A DNA stretch of 64,000 nucleotides from Arcobacteraceae bacterium (GTDB taxonomy: Bacteria > Campylobacterota > Campylobacteria > Campylobacterales > Arcobacteraceae): positions 1 through 64,000 of the forward strand of contig JBLWVX010000004.1 of the NCBI GenBank assembly GCA_048268245.1, given 5' to 3'. The position numbers and the translations under genes are program-made. This document shows, one piece after another, positions 21,531 through 32,324 of this stretch. Under the pieces are notes generated by a model. The model was given only the letters and a program-made list of their open reading frames with translations, was not told where the DNA came from and made no database searches. Numbering within the stretch: the stretch's first letter is position 1; every line of letters starts with the position of its first letter.

Positions 21531-22861
21531 AGTGCCTTTTTGAAGAATGTAATTAATTCTTCCATTTCCTCATCAACTACTTTTTTGTCTTTACCTTCTA
21601 AAAGTAATCTTATCTTATTTTCAGTTCCTGAATATCTTACTACTTCTCTAAGACCTTTTGCTCTAATTTTAGAGATTAGTTCTCCATAACCTTCAATCTC
21701 TTCTAAAGGTATTTTTTCATCAACTTTCATATTGTGTTGTGCTTGAGGATATAAATCAAATGGATTTAAAGCTTCGCTTGCTTTTTTACCTGATTTTAAC
21801 ACTAAAGCTAAAACTTGAAGAGCAGAAGCTAGTCCATCACCTGTTTTTGCTGCATCAGCAAAAATAATGTGACCACTTTGTTCACCACCAAAGTTTATAT
21901 TTTCTGCATTCATAGTTTCAAGAACATATTTGTCCCCTACTTTTGATCTATGAAGTTCAATTTTATCTTTTGCAAGATAATCTTCTAAAGCTTTGTTTGA
22001 CATAATTGTTGCAACACAAGCTTGACCTTTTAAAAGGTTCTGGTCATTTAAATATTTACATAAAGCACCTATTAATTTATCCCCATCTACAACATCACCA
22101 TTTTCATCTACAACTACCAGTCTATCAGCATCACCATCAAGCGCAAGCCCAATATCAGCTCTGTATTCTCTAACTAATTTCCCAACATTTTCAGGATGCA
22201 TAGCACCACAATCTTCATTGATATTATAACCATTTGGTTTGTCATTTATAGTAATTACATCAGCACCCAATTCTTCTAAAATTGTAGGACCTACTTTATA
22301 AGCAGCTCCATTTGCACAATCAAGAACAATTCTTAGGCCACTAAGGTTTAAATCATTAGGGAAAGAGCTTTTAATTGAAACAATATATCTTCCAATTACA
22401 TCATCAATTCTTTTTGAAGAACCAATATGTCTTCCTGTTACTTGCTCACTAATCATCATATCTTGGTTGTTGAAAATCTCTTCTATTTTCTTCTCACAAG
22501 ATACTCCAAGTTTATTTCCATGATTATCAAAAAATTTGATACCATTATCTTCATATGGGTTATGTGAAGCAGATATCATAATACCAGCATCACATCTCAT
22601 AGATTCAGTTAAATATGCAATAGCAGGAGTTGGCATAGGTCCAATTTGAATTACATCATAACCAACAGCTGTTAATCCTGATACTAAAGCATTTTCAATC
22701 ATATAACCACTTCTTCTTGTATCTTTTCCTACAAGAATTTTTTTAGTAGTTGAATGCTTTCTAAAATAGATACCTGCAGCTTTTGCTAATTTAAGTACAG
22801 TTATTGCATCTAAAAACTCACCAGCCTTACCTCTAACACCATCAGTTCCAAATAGCTTCAT
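21527..22861 (-). CDS. glmM: Phosphoglucosamine mutase
   Basis: [27 protein letters not shown]. Confidence 0.96.
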   Translation of the reverse strand: MKLFGTDGVRGKAGEFLDAITVLKLAKAAGIYFRKHSTTKKILVGKDTRRSGYMIENALVSGLTAVGYDVIQIGPMPTPAIAYLTESMRCDAGIMISASHNPYEDNGIKFFDNHGNKLGVSCEKKIEEIFNNQDMMISEQVTGRHIGSSKRIDDVIGRYIVSIKSSFPNDLNLSGLRIVLDCANGAAYKVGPTILEELGADVITINDKPNGYNINEDCGAMHPENVGKLVREYRADIGLALDGDADRLVVVDENGDVVDGDKLIGALCKYLNDQNLLKGQACVATIMSNKALEDYLAKDKIELHRSKVGDKYVLETMNAENINFGGEQSGHIIFADAAKTGDGLASALQVLALVLKSGKKASEALNPFDLYPQAQHNMKVDEKIPLEEIEGYGELISKIRAKGLREVVRYSGTENKIRLLLEGKDKKVVDEEMEELITFFKKAL

Positions 22862-22944
22862 TAAATCTTCCTAAAATTAAACTAAGTTTAAGTTATTTTA
22901 GATAACATTCTACCCTTAAAAATTTTACAAAGAGGTTAAAGAAA

Positions 22945-23205
22945 ATGGCAAATCATAAATCTGCTGAAAAAAGAGCTAGACAAACTAAGGTTAGAACTGA
23001 AAGAAACAGATTCTACAAAACAAGAATCAAAAATGTTATCAAAGCTGTATTAACTGCTGTTGAAGCTGCTGATAAAGAAGCTGCAACTACTGCAATGGCT
23101 ACTGCAAACAAATATATCCACCATTGTGTATCAAAAGGTATCCTTAAAAAAGGTAACGCAGCTAGAAAAGTTTCTAGATTACAAACTAAAGTTAACGCTA
23201 TATAA
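22945..23205 (+). CDS. rpsT: 30S ribosomal protein S20
   Basis: [29 protein letters not shown]. Confidence 0.97.
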   Translation: MANHKSAEKRARQTKVRTERNRFYKTRIKNVIKAVLTAVEAADKEAATTAMATANKYIHHCVSKGILKKGNAARKVSRLQTKVNAI

Positions 23206-23239
23206 TTTATAGTCAACAGTTAAAAGAATATAGGTAAAT

Positions 23240-24307
23240 ATGACTCAAGAAAAATTACAACCCTTTATTAATAGGTATAATGAGATTAATGATCTGTTAA
23301 TCTCTCCTGATATTACTAGTGATATTAAAAAAATGACTGAACTTTCAAAAGAACAGTCGAGCATCGAACCAATAGTTAAAAAAGCTCAAGAATATATTCA
23401 AGTATTAGAAGATATTAATGAGAATAAAATGCTTTTAGATGATGATGAATTAGGTGATCTTGCAAAAGAAGAGCTTAAAGAACTTGAATCAAAAAAACCT
23501 GAACTTGAGGAAGAAATTAAATTTTTAATGATTCCTAAAGACCCTAATGATGATAAAAATATCTACTTAGAGTTAAGAGCAGGAACAGGTGGAGATGAAG
23601 CAGCTATCTTTGTTGGTGACTTATTTAGAGCTTACTTAAGATATGCAGAAAATAACAATTGGAAAGTTGAAATCATGAACTCATCAGAGAGTGAGTCAGG
23701 TGGATATAAAGAGATTGTAATTTTGGTAAAAGGTGACCACGTATTTTCAAAGTTAAAATTTGAAGGTGGTACACACAGAGTTCAAAGAGTACCTGCAACT
23801 GAATCTCAAGGCCGTGTCCATACATCTGCTATCACAGTAGCTGTAATGCCTGAAGTTGATGATGTTGATGTTCAAATTGATCCAAATGATTTAAAAATTG
23901 ATGTAATGAGAGCTAGTGGAAATGGTGGTCAATCTGTAAATACTACAGACTCGGCTGTAAGAATCACACATATTCCAACAGGTCTTGTTGTAACAAACCA
24001 AGATCAAAAGTCTCAACACAAAAATAAAGACAAAGCTATGAAAGTTTTAAAAGCTAGACTTTATGAAGTGCAAATGAATGAGAAAATGGAAGCTGAAGGT
24101 GCCAACAGAAAAGAACAAGTTGGAACTGGAGATAGAAGTGGAAGAATTAGAACTTATAATTATCCACAAGGAAGAATTAGCGACCATAGAATAAATCTTA
24201 CTCTATATAGACTGGATGCAATAATGAATGATGGATTGTTTGATGAAGTAATTGATCCTCTTATTGCTGATCATCAAGCAAAACTTATTGAAGCAAATGG
24301 ATTATAA
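23240..24307 (+). CDS. prfA: Peptide chain release factor 1
   Basis: [13 protein letters not shown] (PxT), GGQ. Confidence 0.97.
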   Translation: MTQEKLQPFINRYNEINDLLISPDITSDIKKMTELSKEQSSIEPIVKKAQEYIQVLEDINENKMLLDDDELGDLAKEELKELESKKPELEEEIKFLMIPKDPNDDKNIYLELRAGTGGDEAAIFVGDLFRAYLRYAENNNWKVEIMNSSESESGGYKEIVILVKGDHVFSKLKFEGGTHRVQRVPATESQGRVHTSAITVAVMPEVDDVDVQIDPNDLKIDVMRASGNGGQSVNTTDSAVRITHIPTGLVVTNQDQKSQHKNKDKAMKVLKARLYEVQMNEKMEAEGANRKEQVGTGDRSGRIRTYNYPQGRISDHRINLTLYRLDAIMNDGLFDEVIDPLIADHQAKLIEANGL

Positions 24308-24333
24308 TCCATTTGTTTTTTTCTTTTAAATAA

Positions 24334-24522
24334 ATGCATATTTCAAAAAATCAAATATTTAAACACTACAAAAATAATCATACTTATGAGGTAATAGATT
24401 TTTGTAAAATCCAAGAAAATGACATCTGGATTGAAGCAGTTCTATACAAACCAACTGATTGTGATGAACTATTTGTTAGATCCCTTCAAGAATTTAAAGA
24501 AAAATTCTCTTTAGTAAACTAA
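24334..24522 (+). CDS. DUF1653-like small protein
   Basis: FKHYKN...YEV, VLYK, LFVRSLQEFKEKF pattern. Confidence 0.7.
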   Translation: MHISKNQIFKHYKNNHTYEVIDFCKIQENDIWIEAVLYKPTDCDELFVRSLQEFKEKFSLVN

Positions 24523-24595
24523 TTTTTAAAACTTATTTATTTTATACTTTTCTGCATTAGATTAGAAAACCCCTTATTTTACACTAAAATTGATA

Positions 24596-24627
24596 GTAAC
24601 CAAAATGTAACCTTCTCAGATTATACT
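24596..24627 (+). promoter_or_regulatory. Pho-box-like direct repeat and -10 of pstS
   Basis: GTAACC-aaaat-GTAACC (11-bp period), 9 nt, TATACT. Confidence 0.75.
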
Positions 24628-24662
24628 TTCACCATAAAATTTATTTAACGGAGAAAATAAAC

Positions 24663-25715
24663 ATGAAAAAAACACTTTTAGCTTTAGGGGCAAGTGCATT
24701 ATTAGTTACTAGTTTAAGTGCTAGAGATCAAATCAAAATCGTAGGTTCATCAACTGTATATCCTTTCGCATCATCTGTTGCTGAAGAATTAGGTGCTACA
24801 ACTAAATACCCAACTCCAGTAGTTGAATCAACTGGTTCAGGTGGTGGTATGAAATTATTTTGTGCTGGTAATGGATTAAATACTCCTGATATTACTAATG
24901 CTTCAAGAAGAATGAAAACTAAAGAATTTAAAATGTGTCAAGAAAATGGTGTTACTGACATCACTGAATCTGTAATTGGTTATGATGGTATTGCATTCGC
25001 ACAATCTAACTCAAATGCACCTTTTGATATTTCAAGAGAACATTTAGCATTAGCAGTTGCTAAAGAAGTACCTTCAAAAGATGGTAAATCGTTAATTGCT
25101 AACCCATACAAAAAATGGTCTGATATTGATGCTTCATTACCAAATAGAGAAATTATTGTTTATGGACCACCAAAATCATCTGGTACAAGAGATGCATTTG
25201 AAGAGTTAGTTATGCAAAAAGTATTCAAAAAAATGCCAGTTTATACTGACCTTTACAAAGCTGATAAAAAAGCTAATAAAAAATACAAAAAATACTCTGT
25301 AGTTAGAACAGATGGTGCTTACGTTGAATCTGGTGAAAATGATAACTTAATCGTTCAAAAGTTAAATAAAAACAAATCTGCATTTGGTGTATTTGGATTC
25401 TCTTTCTTAGTTGAAAATGATGATATGATTCAAGGTGCTACAATCAATGGTGTTGCTCCAACTCCAGATACAATCTCTTCAGGAGATTACCCAGTTTCTA
25501 GATCATTATTCTTCTACGTGAAAAACTCTCATGCTAAAGAAGTTCCTGCGATGAACAAATATGTTGATTTATTCATGAGTGAAAAAATGATTGGTAAAGA
25601 TGGAATTTTAGGTGAAATCGGACTAATTGCTTTACCTGATTCTACAAGAAATGCAATAAGAGCATCTGTTGCAAAAAGAAAAAAATTAACTTTAGATGCT
25701 TTAAAAAAACACTAA
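24663..25715 (+). CDS. pstS: Phosphate ABC transporter substrate-binding protein
   Basis: IVGSSTVYP, STGSGGG, NASR, SSGTRDAF, YPVSRSL. Confidence 0.95.
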   Translation: MKKTLLALGASALLVTSLSARDQIKIVGSSTVYPFASSVAEELGATTKYPTPVVESTGSGGGMKLFCAGNGLNTPDITNASRRMKTKEFKMCQENGVTDITESVIGYDGIAFAQSNSNAPFDISREHLALAVAKEVPSKDGKSLIANPYKKWSDIDASLPNREIIVYGPPKSSGTRDAFEELVMQKVFKKMPVYTDLYKADKKANKKYKKYSVVRTDGAYVESGENDNLIVQKLNKNKSAFGVFGFSFLVENDDMIQGATINGVAPTPDTISSGDYPVSRSLFFYVKNSHAKEVPAMNKYVDLFMSEKMIGKDGILGEIGLIALPDSTRNAIRASVAKRKKLTLDALKKH

Positions 25716-25736
25716 TTAATTAAACCCTATCTATAT

Positions 25737-25765
25737 ATAAAGAGGAGAAGGCTTCACTCCTCTTT
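25737..25765 (+). terminator. Hairpin after pstS (terminator or mRNA stabiliser)
   Basis: AAAGAGGAG-aaggcttca-CTCCTCTTT. Confidence 0.65.
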
Positions 25766-25834
25766 GTAACTTTACTCATAGGCTTTTATCTGTTATACGC
25801 GAACAAAGAGATAAAAGCCTATAAGTAAGGTTAT
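25766..25834 (+). repeat. Long imperfect inverted repeat (about 26-bp arms)
   Basis: GTAACTTTACTCATAGGCTTTTATCT pairs with AGATAAAAGCCTATAAGTAAGGTTAT, with two G-U pairs and one mismatch on the + strand. Confidence 0.8.
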
Positions 25835-25853
25835 AGCTCTCTTTGGATTAAAA

Positions 25854-27587
25854 ATGACAAAAAAATGGAACACAATTTTAAGAAGGCTTGATTATGCCTT
25901 CCAACCAATTATTCATGCTCATACAGGGAAAATTTTTGCAGTAGAAGCCCTACTTAGAAATGTAAATGATACTGAATATTTAAACTCTATACAAGAACTT
26001 TTTGATATGGCTTTTCAAGAAGACATAATCTATGAAGTAGATTTGATACTTAGAGAAAAAGCAATAAGTAAATTCTCACAAATTAAAGTAGAAAACCTAA
26101 GATTATTTTATAATTTAGATAATCGAATAATATATAATAAAACATATAGATCAGGAAATACATCTAAAATACTAGAAAAATACAATTTATCAAAAAGTAC
26201 AGTCTGTTTTGAGTTAAGTGAAAAAGGTACAACAATAGAGCGAAGTGCCCTATCAAGTATGCTACAAACTTATAAACAAAGTGGATATCAATTAGCAATT
26301 GATGATTTTGGCATCGGAGTTTCTGGCTTAAAACTTTTATATTTTTCAGAAGCTGATATTATTAAACTTGATAGATTTTTTGTAACAAATATAGATACAG
26401 ATTCAAAAAAGAAACTATTTTGTAGCTCAATAGTTGAAATGGCTCATGTAATGGGAATGAAAGTTATTGCTGAGGGTGTTGAAACTAAAAATGAGTTTTT
26501 AACATGTAAAGATATGGGTGTTGATTTCATCCAAGGATATTTAATCCAAAAACCAACAGTAAAAACTGATGAAATAAGACCAACATATAAAAAAATGACT
26601 GAGTTAATTCATAGTGATAAAAGAAATGAAACAGTTCACATCATAGAGAAAAAATATATTGAAAATATTGAGCCTTTGAATATAAATAGCTCATTGCATG
26701 ATTTGTTTGTTTATTTTAAGAATCAAACTAAAAATATATTTGTTCCTATAATAGATGACCACAAAAATTTACTTGGAGTAATTTATGAAGTAGATATTAA
26801 AAAAATATCTTATTCACAATATGGATTATCTTTAGCTAAAAATAAAAATATCTCTTCAACTTTAAAAAAATATATAAAAGAAGTAATATCTGTTGAATCA
26901 TCATGGGGTATTGATAAAACTTTAGATAGGTTTAATCACAATTCAAAAAAATCTATGGGTATTTTTATTACAAGTGCAAATAAATATAAAGGATTTATTG
27001 GACTAAATTCTTTGCTTGAATTATCTCATAAAAGAAATATTGAAATTGCATCAAATCAAAACCCTCTTACTAAACTTCCAGGAAATCAACAAATTGAGAA
27101 CTTTATATACGAAGCTTCAAAAAATAAAGACTCTTATATTTCACATATGCTGTATTTTGATTTTAATGATTTCAAACCTTTTAACGATTATTATGGATTC
27201 AGACAAGGGGATAGAGCTATTTTAATCTTCTCAGAATTAATCCAAAAGAAATATAAAAATGACTTTTTTATTGCTCATATAGGAGGAGATGATTTTTTTA
27301 TTGGTTCAAAAAACAAAAATTTTGAAGAGTTATTTGAACTTACAAATAAGGTATTAAAAGAGTTTAAAGATAGTGTTAAAAACCTTTATAATACAACTGA
27401 CAAAAAAAATGGTTATATAATCACAAAAGATAGGTTTGATGAAAAAAGAAAATTCAATCTTTTATCTACTTCTTGTGCAATTATAGAGGTCTCTAAAAAC
27501 TCAAAAATACAAAATTTTGACCATACTATAAGTCTTTTAAAAAAACACTCAAAAAAGTATAACTTCCCTCTTTGCGCCTCTATTTAA
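25854..27587 (+). CDS. Soluble EAL-(CBS-like)-GGDEF c-di-GMP signalling protein
   Basis: FQPI, VEALLR, DDFGIG, IKLDR, AEGVE, QGY; C-terminal NPLTKLPG, FKPFNDYYG, GGDDF. Confidence 0.9.
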   Translation: MTKKWNTILRRLDYAFQPIIHAHTGKIFAVEALLRNVNDTEYLNSIQELFDMAFQEDIIYEVDLILREKAISKFSQIKVENLRLFYNLDNRIIYNKTYRSGNTSKILEKYNLSKSTVCFELSEKGTTIERSALSSMLQTYKQSGYQLAIDDFGIGVSGLKLLYFSEADIIKLDRFFVTNIDTDSKKKLFCSSIVEMAHVMGMKVIAEGVETKNEFLTCKDMGVDFIQGYLIQKPTVKTDEIRPTYKKMTELIHSDKRNETVHIIEKKYIENIEPLNINSSLHDLFVYFKNQTKNIFVPIIDDHKNLLGVIYEVDIKKISYSQYGLSLAKNKNISSTLKKYIKEVISVESSWGIDKTLDRFNHNSKKSMGIFITSANKYKGFIGLNSLLELSHKRNIEIASNQNPLTKLPGNQQIENFIYEASKNKDSYISHMLYFDFNDFKPFNDYYGFRQGDRAILIFSELIQKKYKNDFFIAHIGGDDFFIGSKNKNFEELFELTNKVLKEFKDSVKNLYNTTDKKNGYIITKDRFDEKRKFNLLSTSCAIIEVSKNSKIQNFDHTISLLKKHSKKYNFPLCASI

Positions 27588-27592
27588 ACTTT

Positions 27593-27624
27593 GTAACCAT
27601 TGTGTAACCATCTTTAATTATAAT
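27593..27624 (+). promoter_or_regulatory. Pho-box-like direct repeat and -10 of pstC
   Basis: GTAACC-attgt-GTAACC, 9 nt, TATAAT; same geometry as before pstS. Confidence 0.75.
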
Positions 27625-27655
27625 CTGCTCAAATTTTATACAAAAAGGCAATTAT

Positions 27656-28585
27656 TTGAGCACTTTTGAATCTAAAAACAAAAAAACAGAAGTTATTGAA
27701 AAGCTAATTAAGTTAGCATTAATCACAGCCTCTGTTATTGCAATTTTAACTACATTTGGAATTTTATTTTCAATTCTTTTTGAAGCAATTGAATTTTTTC
27801 AAATGAGAAGTTTTTGGTACTTTATTACAGGAAGTGAATGGTCACCTGGAGTTGTAGGAAGTAAATTTGGTGCAGTTCCTATTTTTGCAGGTACTTTTGT
27901 AATTACGATTATTGCACTAAGTGTTGCTATTCCTATTGGTTTAGGAAGTGCTGTTTACATGAGTGAATATGCAAGTCCAAAATTAAGAGACTATTTAAAA
28001 CCTATACTAGAAGTATTAGCAGGTATTCCTACAGTTGTTTATGGTTTCTTTGCAGCTATTACAGTTGCTCCTCTTATTGTAAAAGCAGCAAATGCAGTAG
28101 GCTTAGAAGCTACATTTAACTCTGCACTTGCTTCTGGTATTGTAATGGGAATTATGATTATTCCTGTTATATCATCATTATCAGATGATGTTATTAGATC
28201 GGTTCCTGACTCACAGAGAAAAGCAGCTTATGGTTTAGGTATGACACATGGTGAAGTTATTAAAAATATTGTTTTACCATCTGCTATGCCAGGTATCATT
28301 TCAGCTTCGCTGTTAGGTCTTTCAAAGGCTTTGGGTGAAACTATGATTGTTGTTATGGCAGCAGGTCTGCGACCAAATTTATCATGGAATCCACTTGAAG
28401 ATATGACTACTGTTACAGTTACAATTGTAAACTCATTAGTTGGTGACTTTGAATTTAATTCTCCTGAAACATTATCAGCATTTGCCTTAGGTTTAATTCT
28501 GTTTATTGTTACATTAGTTTTAAATATGCTTTCATTGTCATTAATTAGAAAATTCAAAGAAAAGTATAAAGTGAACACATTATGA
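27656..28585 (+). CDS. pstC: Phosphate ABC transporter permease PstC
   Basis: LAGIPTVVYG, ALGETM, multiple TM helices. Confidence 0.95.
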   Translation: MSTFESKNKKTEVIEKLIKLALITASVIAILTTFGILFSILFEAIEFFQMRSFWYFITGSEWSPGVVGSKFGAVPIFAGTFVITIIALSVAIPIGLGSAVYMSEYASPKLRDYLKPILEVLAGIPTVVYGFFAAITVAPLIVKAANAVGLEATFNSALASGIVMGIMIIPVISSLSDDVIRSVPDSQRKAAYGLGMTHGEVIKNIVLPSAMPGIISASLLGLSKALGETMIVVMAAGLRPNLSWNPLEDMTTVTVTIVNSLVGDFEFNSPETLSAFALGLILFIVTLVLNMLSLSLIRKFKEKYKVNTL

Positions 28586-29772
28586 TTAGTAAAAAAAATA
28601 AGAAAAAACAAGAAAACAATCCATTTTATGACCCATCATTAAAGAAAAGACATGCAAGTGCAGGAAGATTTAAAAAGTTTACTTTAACTTCATTAATCTT
28701 TTCAATTGCATTTTTAGCATTCTTTTTATTTGATATTATTGGAAAAGGTATCCCTGCTTTTAATGTTACATATGTAAAAGTAGAAGTTAACTATAGTGAA
28801 GCTGCTGTAAAAGATTATAGAAAAGCTGTTGATAGAAAATACAGAAATATAATCTCAAGAGCTTGGCTTAGAGAGTTACCTTTGATAATCAAAAAAGACC
28901 CATCTTTACTTAATACAAAAAGAACACAATGGGTTTTAGCTGATGACCAAGTTGATCAATATATAAAAGAACATCACTACAGATTAAAAAGAAAAGATAG
29001 AGTTTTAGTTGATGACATGAAAGCACAAGGTTTAGTTGAACTAAAATTCAACTCAATTTTCTTTACACAAGGTGATTCAAAAACTCCTGAATATGCAGGT
29101 CTATTCTCAGCTATGGTTGGTTCTGTTTTAACACTTTTAATTACGATGGTAGTTGCTTTTCCAATTGGAGTTATGACAGCAATATATTTAGAAGAGTTTG
29201 CAGATGATAATAAGTTTACAAGATTTATTGAAGTAAATATCAATAATCTTGCAGCAATTCCTTCAATTTTATTTGGTCTTTTAGGTCTTGCTATTTTTAT
29301 TAATCTTTTTGGAATGCCTAGAAGTTCACCTTTAGTTGGTGGTTTAACACTTGCTCTTATGACTTTACCAATTATTATTGTAAGTTCAAGAGCAGCTCTA
29401 AGAGCAGTTCCAGATAGTATTAGACAAGCAGGTTATGGACTTGGTCTTACTAAAATTGAAGTTACAAGAGACCATGTTTTACCTCTAGCATTTCCTGGAG
29501 TTTTAACAGGTTCTATTATTGGTTTAGCACAAGCTATGGGTGAGACTGCTCCTTTAATTATTATTGGTATGATTGCATTTATTCCAGATGCACCAAATAT
29601 GGTTACAGATGCAGCAACAGTTATGCCAGCACAGTTATTCACATGGGCAGGTATGCCAGAGAAAATGTATATAGAAAAAACAGCAGCAGGTATTATGGTA
29701 CTTTTATCGGTACTTATTTCACTAAATGCACTTGCTATATATTTAAGAAAAAAATTCGAAGTTAAATGGTAG
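28582..29772 (+). CDS. pstA: Phosphate ABC transporter permease PstA
   Basis: [17 protein letters not shown]. Confidence 0.95.
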   Translation: MISKKNKKKQENNPFYDPSLKKRHASAGRFKKFTLTSLIFSIAFLAFFLFDIIGKGIPAFNVTYVKVEVNYSEAAVKDYRKAVDRKYRNIISRAWLRELPLIIKKDPSLLNTKRTQWVLADDQVDQYIKEHHYRLKRKDRVLVDDMKAQGLVELKFNSIFFTQGDSKTPEYAGLFSAMVGSVLTLLITMVVAFPIGVMTAIYLEEFADDNKFTRFIEVNINNLAAIPSILFGLLGLAIFINLFGMPRSSPLVGGLTLALMTLPIIIVSSRAALRAVPDSIRQAGYGLGLTKIEVTRDHVLPLAFPGVLTGSIIGLAQAMGETAPLIIIGMIAFIPDAPNMVTDAATVMPAQLFTWAGMPEKMYIEKTAAGIMVLLSVLISLNALAIYLRKKFEVKW

Positions 29773-29786
29773 AAGGAAAAATTAAA

Positions 29787-30557
29787 ATGTCAAAAGATAA
29801 TAAAGTAAAAATTAAAGTAGATGAATTAAACCTTTGGTATGGTGATAACCATGCCTTACACAATATTACTGCTGATTTATATGAAAATAAAATCACTGCA
29901 TTAATTGGACCTTCTGGATGTGGTAAATCGACATTCTTAAGATGTTTAAATAGAATGAATGACTTAATTAATATCGTAAAAATTGATGGTGAAGTTGTAA
30001 TTGATAAAAAGAATATTTATGATAAAGATGTAGATGAAGTAAGTGTTAGAAAAAGAATTGGTATGGTATTTCAACAGCCAAACCCATTTCCAAAATCTAT
30101 CTATGACAATGTAGCTTATGCACCATTAAAACATGGAATTGTAAAAAAAGGAAAAGAGTGTGATGAACTAGTTGAAACTTCACTTAGAAAATCAGGACTT
30201 TGGGATGAAGTTAAAGATAAATTAAATGAGCCAGGAACTTCACTTTCAGGTGGGCAACAACAAAGATTATGTATTGCTAGAACTATTGCTGTTAAACCTG
30301 AGGTTATCTTAATGGATGAACCAACATCAGCACTTGACCCAATTTCAACTGAAAAAATTGAAGCACTTATGTTAGAGCTTAAAAAAGATTATACAATCAT
30401 CACGGTAACTCACAATATGCAACAAGCAGCAAGAGTTGCTGATTATACTGCATTTTTCCACCTAGGAAAACTAATTGAGTATGATGAAACTGAAACAATT
30501 TTTGTTAACCCTAATAATAAAAAAACAGAAGACTACATCACAGGAAGGTTTGGATAA
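29787..30557 (+). CDS. pstB: Phosphate ABC transporter ATPase
   Basis: [33 protein letters not shown]; start MSKDNK after GAAGGA. Confidence 0.97.
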   Translation: MSKDNKVKIKVDELNLWYGDNHALHNITADLYENKITALIGPSGCGKSTFLRCLNRMNDLINIVKIDGEVVIDKKNIYDKDVDEVSVRKRIGMVFQQPNPFPKSIYDNVAYAPLKHGIVKKGKECDELVETSLRKSGLWDEVKDKLNEPGTSLSGGQQQRLCIARTIAVKPEVILMDEPTSALDPISTEKIEALMLELKKDYTIITVTHNMQQAARVADYTAFFHLGKLIEYDETETIFVNPNNKKTEDYITGRFG

Positions 30558-30560
30558 AAA

Positions 30561-31232
30561 ATGTTAAGAACATATGAAGAAAAAAAAGTAAAAATCCAAG
30601 ATGAGATTTTAGAGATTGGAAATAGTGTTGTTGAAGCCTTAGAGTTAACACTTTCAGGTTTAAAAGATGAAGATTTAGCAAAGCTAAAAGAGATTGACTT
30701 ATCTGTTAAGAAAATTTCTAATAAATCAAATGAAATTGACAATTTAATTGTTACAACTTTAGCTTTATATTCACCAGAAGCAAAAGATTTAAGAGAATTA
30801 GTTTCATATTTAAAAATTACAAACGAACTAGTAAGAGCAAGTGCAAATACAAAAGCCTTCGCTAAAATTTTTAGAAAAGCTTTTAGTGATGATTTAAATA
30901 CAAAGACTATTTTAGAGTATGCTATTCCTCTTCAAAAATCAGCAACTTTAGCACTTCAAACTTCTATGAATATGCTAAAAGAATCAAACTCTAAGCATAT
31001 AGAAGAGAAATATCAAAGAGTAATTGTAGAAGAGAGTAAAACTGATGATTTATACTCAATGATTGAAAAGAACATTTTAAAACTTATTTCTAAGAACTTA
31101 GAATTATCAAAAGAGTATTTTGATGTTTTAAGTGCTTTGAGAAAACTTGCAAAAACAGCAGATAGAGCTGCTTCTATTGCTAATCTCTTACTATTTGCTG
31201 AAATGGGAGGAGATATAGAACAATCTAAGTAA
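30561..31232 (+). CDS. phoU: Phosphate signalling protein PhoU
   Basis: PEAKDLR, two helical PhoU repeats, position after pstB. Confidence 0.88.
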   Translation: MLRTYEEKKVKIQDEILEIGNSVVEALELTLSGLKDEDLAKLKEIDLSVKKISNKSNEIDNLIVTTLALYSPEAKDLRELVSYLKITNELVRASANTKAFAKIFRKAFSDDLNTKTILEYAIPLQKSATLALQTSMNMLKESNSKHIEEKYQRVIVEESKTDDLYSMIEKNILKLISKNLELSKEYFDVLSALRKLAKTADRAASIANLLLFAEMGGDIEQSK

Positions 31233-31245
31233 TTGTTCTTATTCA

Positions 31246-31620
31246 ATGAAAAATGCAATTTTAAAAATAAAAGCATACTTCAGTTCAAACTTTGAAGTAC
31301 TTGCTGCTATTATAATCTTTGTGGCTATTTTTGCCACGGGATTAGAGTTTTATAAGGCTATAATCTTAATGCTTGAATTTATCGTAGTAATGGAAGTTGT
31401 TAAGATGATTTCTGACTTTGTAAAAAAACAAAAACTACGACTTAGATTTGTAATTGATATTTTTATCATTTTTTTAATTCGTGATGTTATAATACTATCA
31501 ACAAATGTCAATAAAGACTATTTTGACATCAGCTTTTTACTTATAGTAATTTTTGTATTTTTTATCTTTAGGATTTTAGCAATAAAATTCTCCCCTGGTG
31601 GAAACAAAAAAGAGAAGTAA
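31246..31620 (+). CDS. psiE: PsiE-family membrane protein
   Basis: Four TM helices, LRFVIDIFIIFLIRDVI, pho-operon context. Confidence 0.7.
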   Translation: MKNAILKIKAYFSSNFEVLAAIIIFVAIFATGLEFYKAIILMLEFIVVMEVVKMISDFVKKQKLRLRFVIDIFIIFLIRDVIILSTNVNKDYFDISFLLIVIFVFFIFRILAIKFSPGGNKKEK

Positions 31621-31649
31621 AACCCTATCAAAACAAAAGAGACAAATAT

Positions 31650-32324
31650 ATGGAAGATAAAGTAATTTTAATAGTAGAAGATGAAGAAGATATACTAGAA
31701 CTTTTAGAGTATACACTTCAAAAAGAAGGATTTGAAACTATTGGATTTTTAAATATTGATAAAAACTTAGAAAAAATTTTTGACGAAGAGCAAATTGATT
31801 TAATCTTAATGGATAGAAACCTTCCTGGATGTGAAGGTACTACATTTATTGATGACATTAGAAAAAAAGGTTATACAAATCCTGTTATTTATGTAACAGC
31901 AAAAGATAAAGATGAAGATATTCTTGAAGGTTTTGAATCACACGCAGATGACTATATAACAAAGCCTTTTAATGTAAAAGAATTAGTTGCTAGAATTAAA
32001 GCTGTGATAAAAAGATCTACAAAAGATGTTGATATCTTAAAAATAAGAGATATAGTTTATAAAGCTTCAAATAAAAAGTTTTTTATTGACGATATAGCCT
32101 TAGAGTTAACTCACTTAGAGCATGATTTGCTTTTAGAGTTTATGAAAAACAAAGATATTTTAATGACAAGAGAACATTTACTAAACTCTGTTTGGGAAGA
32201 TTCCCTTGATAAAAAAATGAAAACTGTGAATGTTGCAGTAAAAAGACTAAAAGCAAAGATTGATCCTGATGGAGAAAAAAACTACATTAAATCAATCAGA
32301 GGGGAAGGTTACATTTTTTGTTAA
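31650..32324 (+). CDS. phoB: OmpR/PhoB-family response regulator (probable phosphate regulator)
   Basis: VEDEED, LMDRNLP, ADDYITKPF, IRGEGY; context. Confidence 0.8.
   Translation: MEDKVILIVEDEEDILELLEYTLQKEGFETIGFLNIDKNLEKIFDEEQIDLILMDRNLPGCEGTTFIDDIRKKGYTNPVIYVTAKDKDEDILEGFESHADDYITKPFNVKELVARIKAVIKRSTKDVDILKIRDIVYKASNKKFFIDDIALELTHLEHDLLLEFMKNKDILMTREHLLNSVWEDSLDKKMKTVNVAVKRLKAKIDPDGEKNYIKSIRGEGYIFC

Noticed and set aside
25716..25853. c-di-GMP riboswitch before the EAL-GGDEF gene
   Set aside because: A single long hairpin, without the two-stem GNRA/receptor architecture or conserved class I/II motifs
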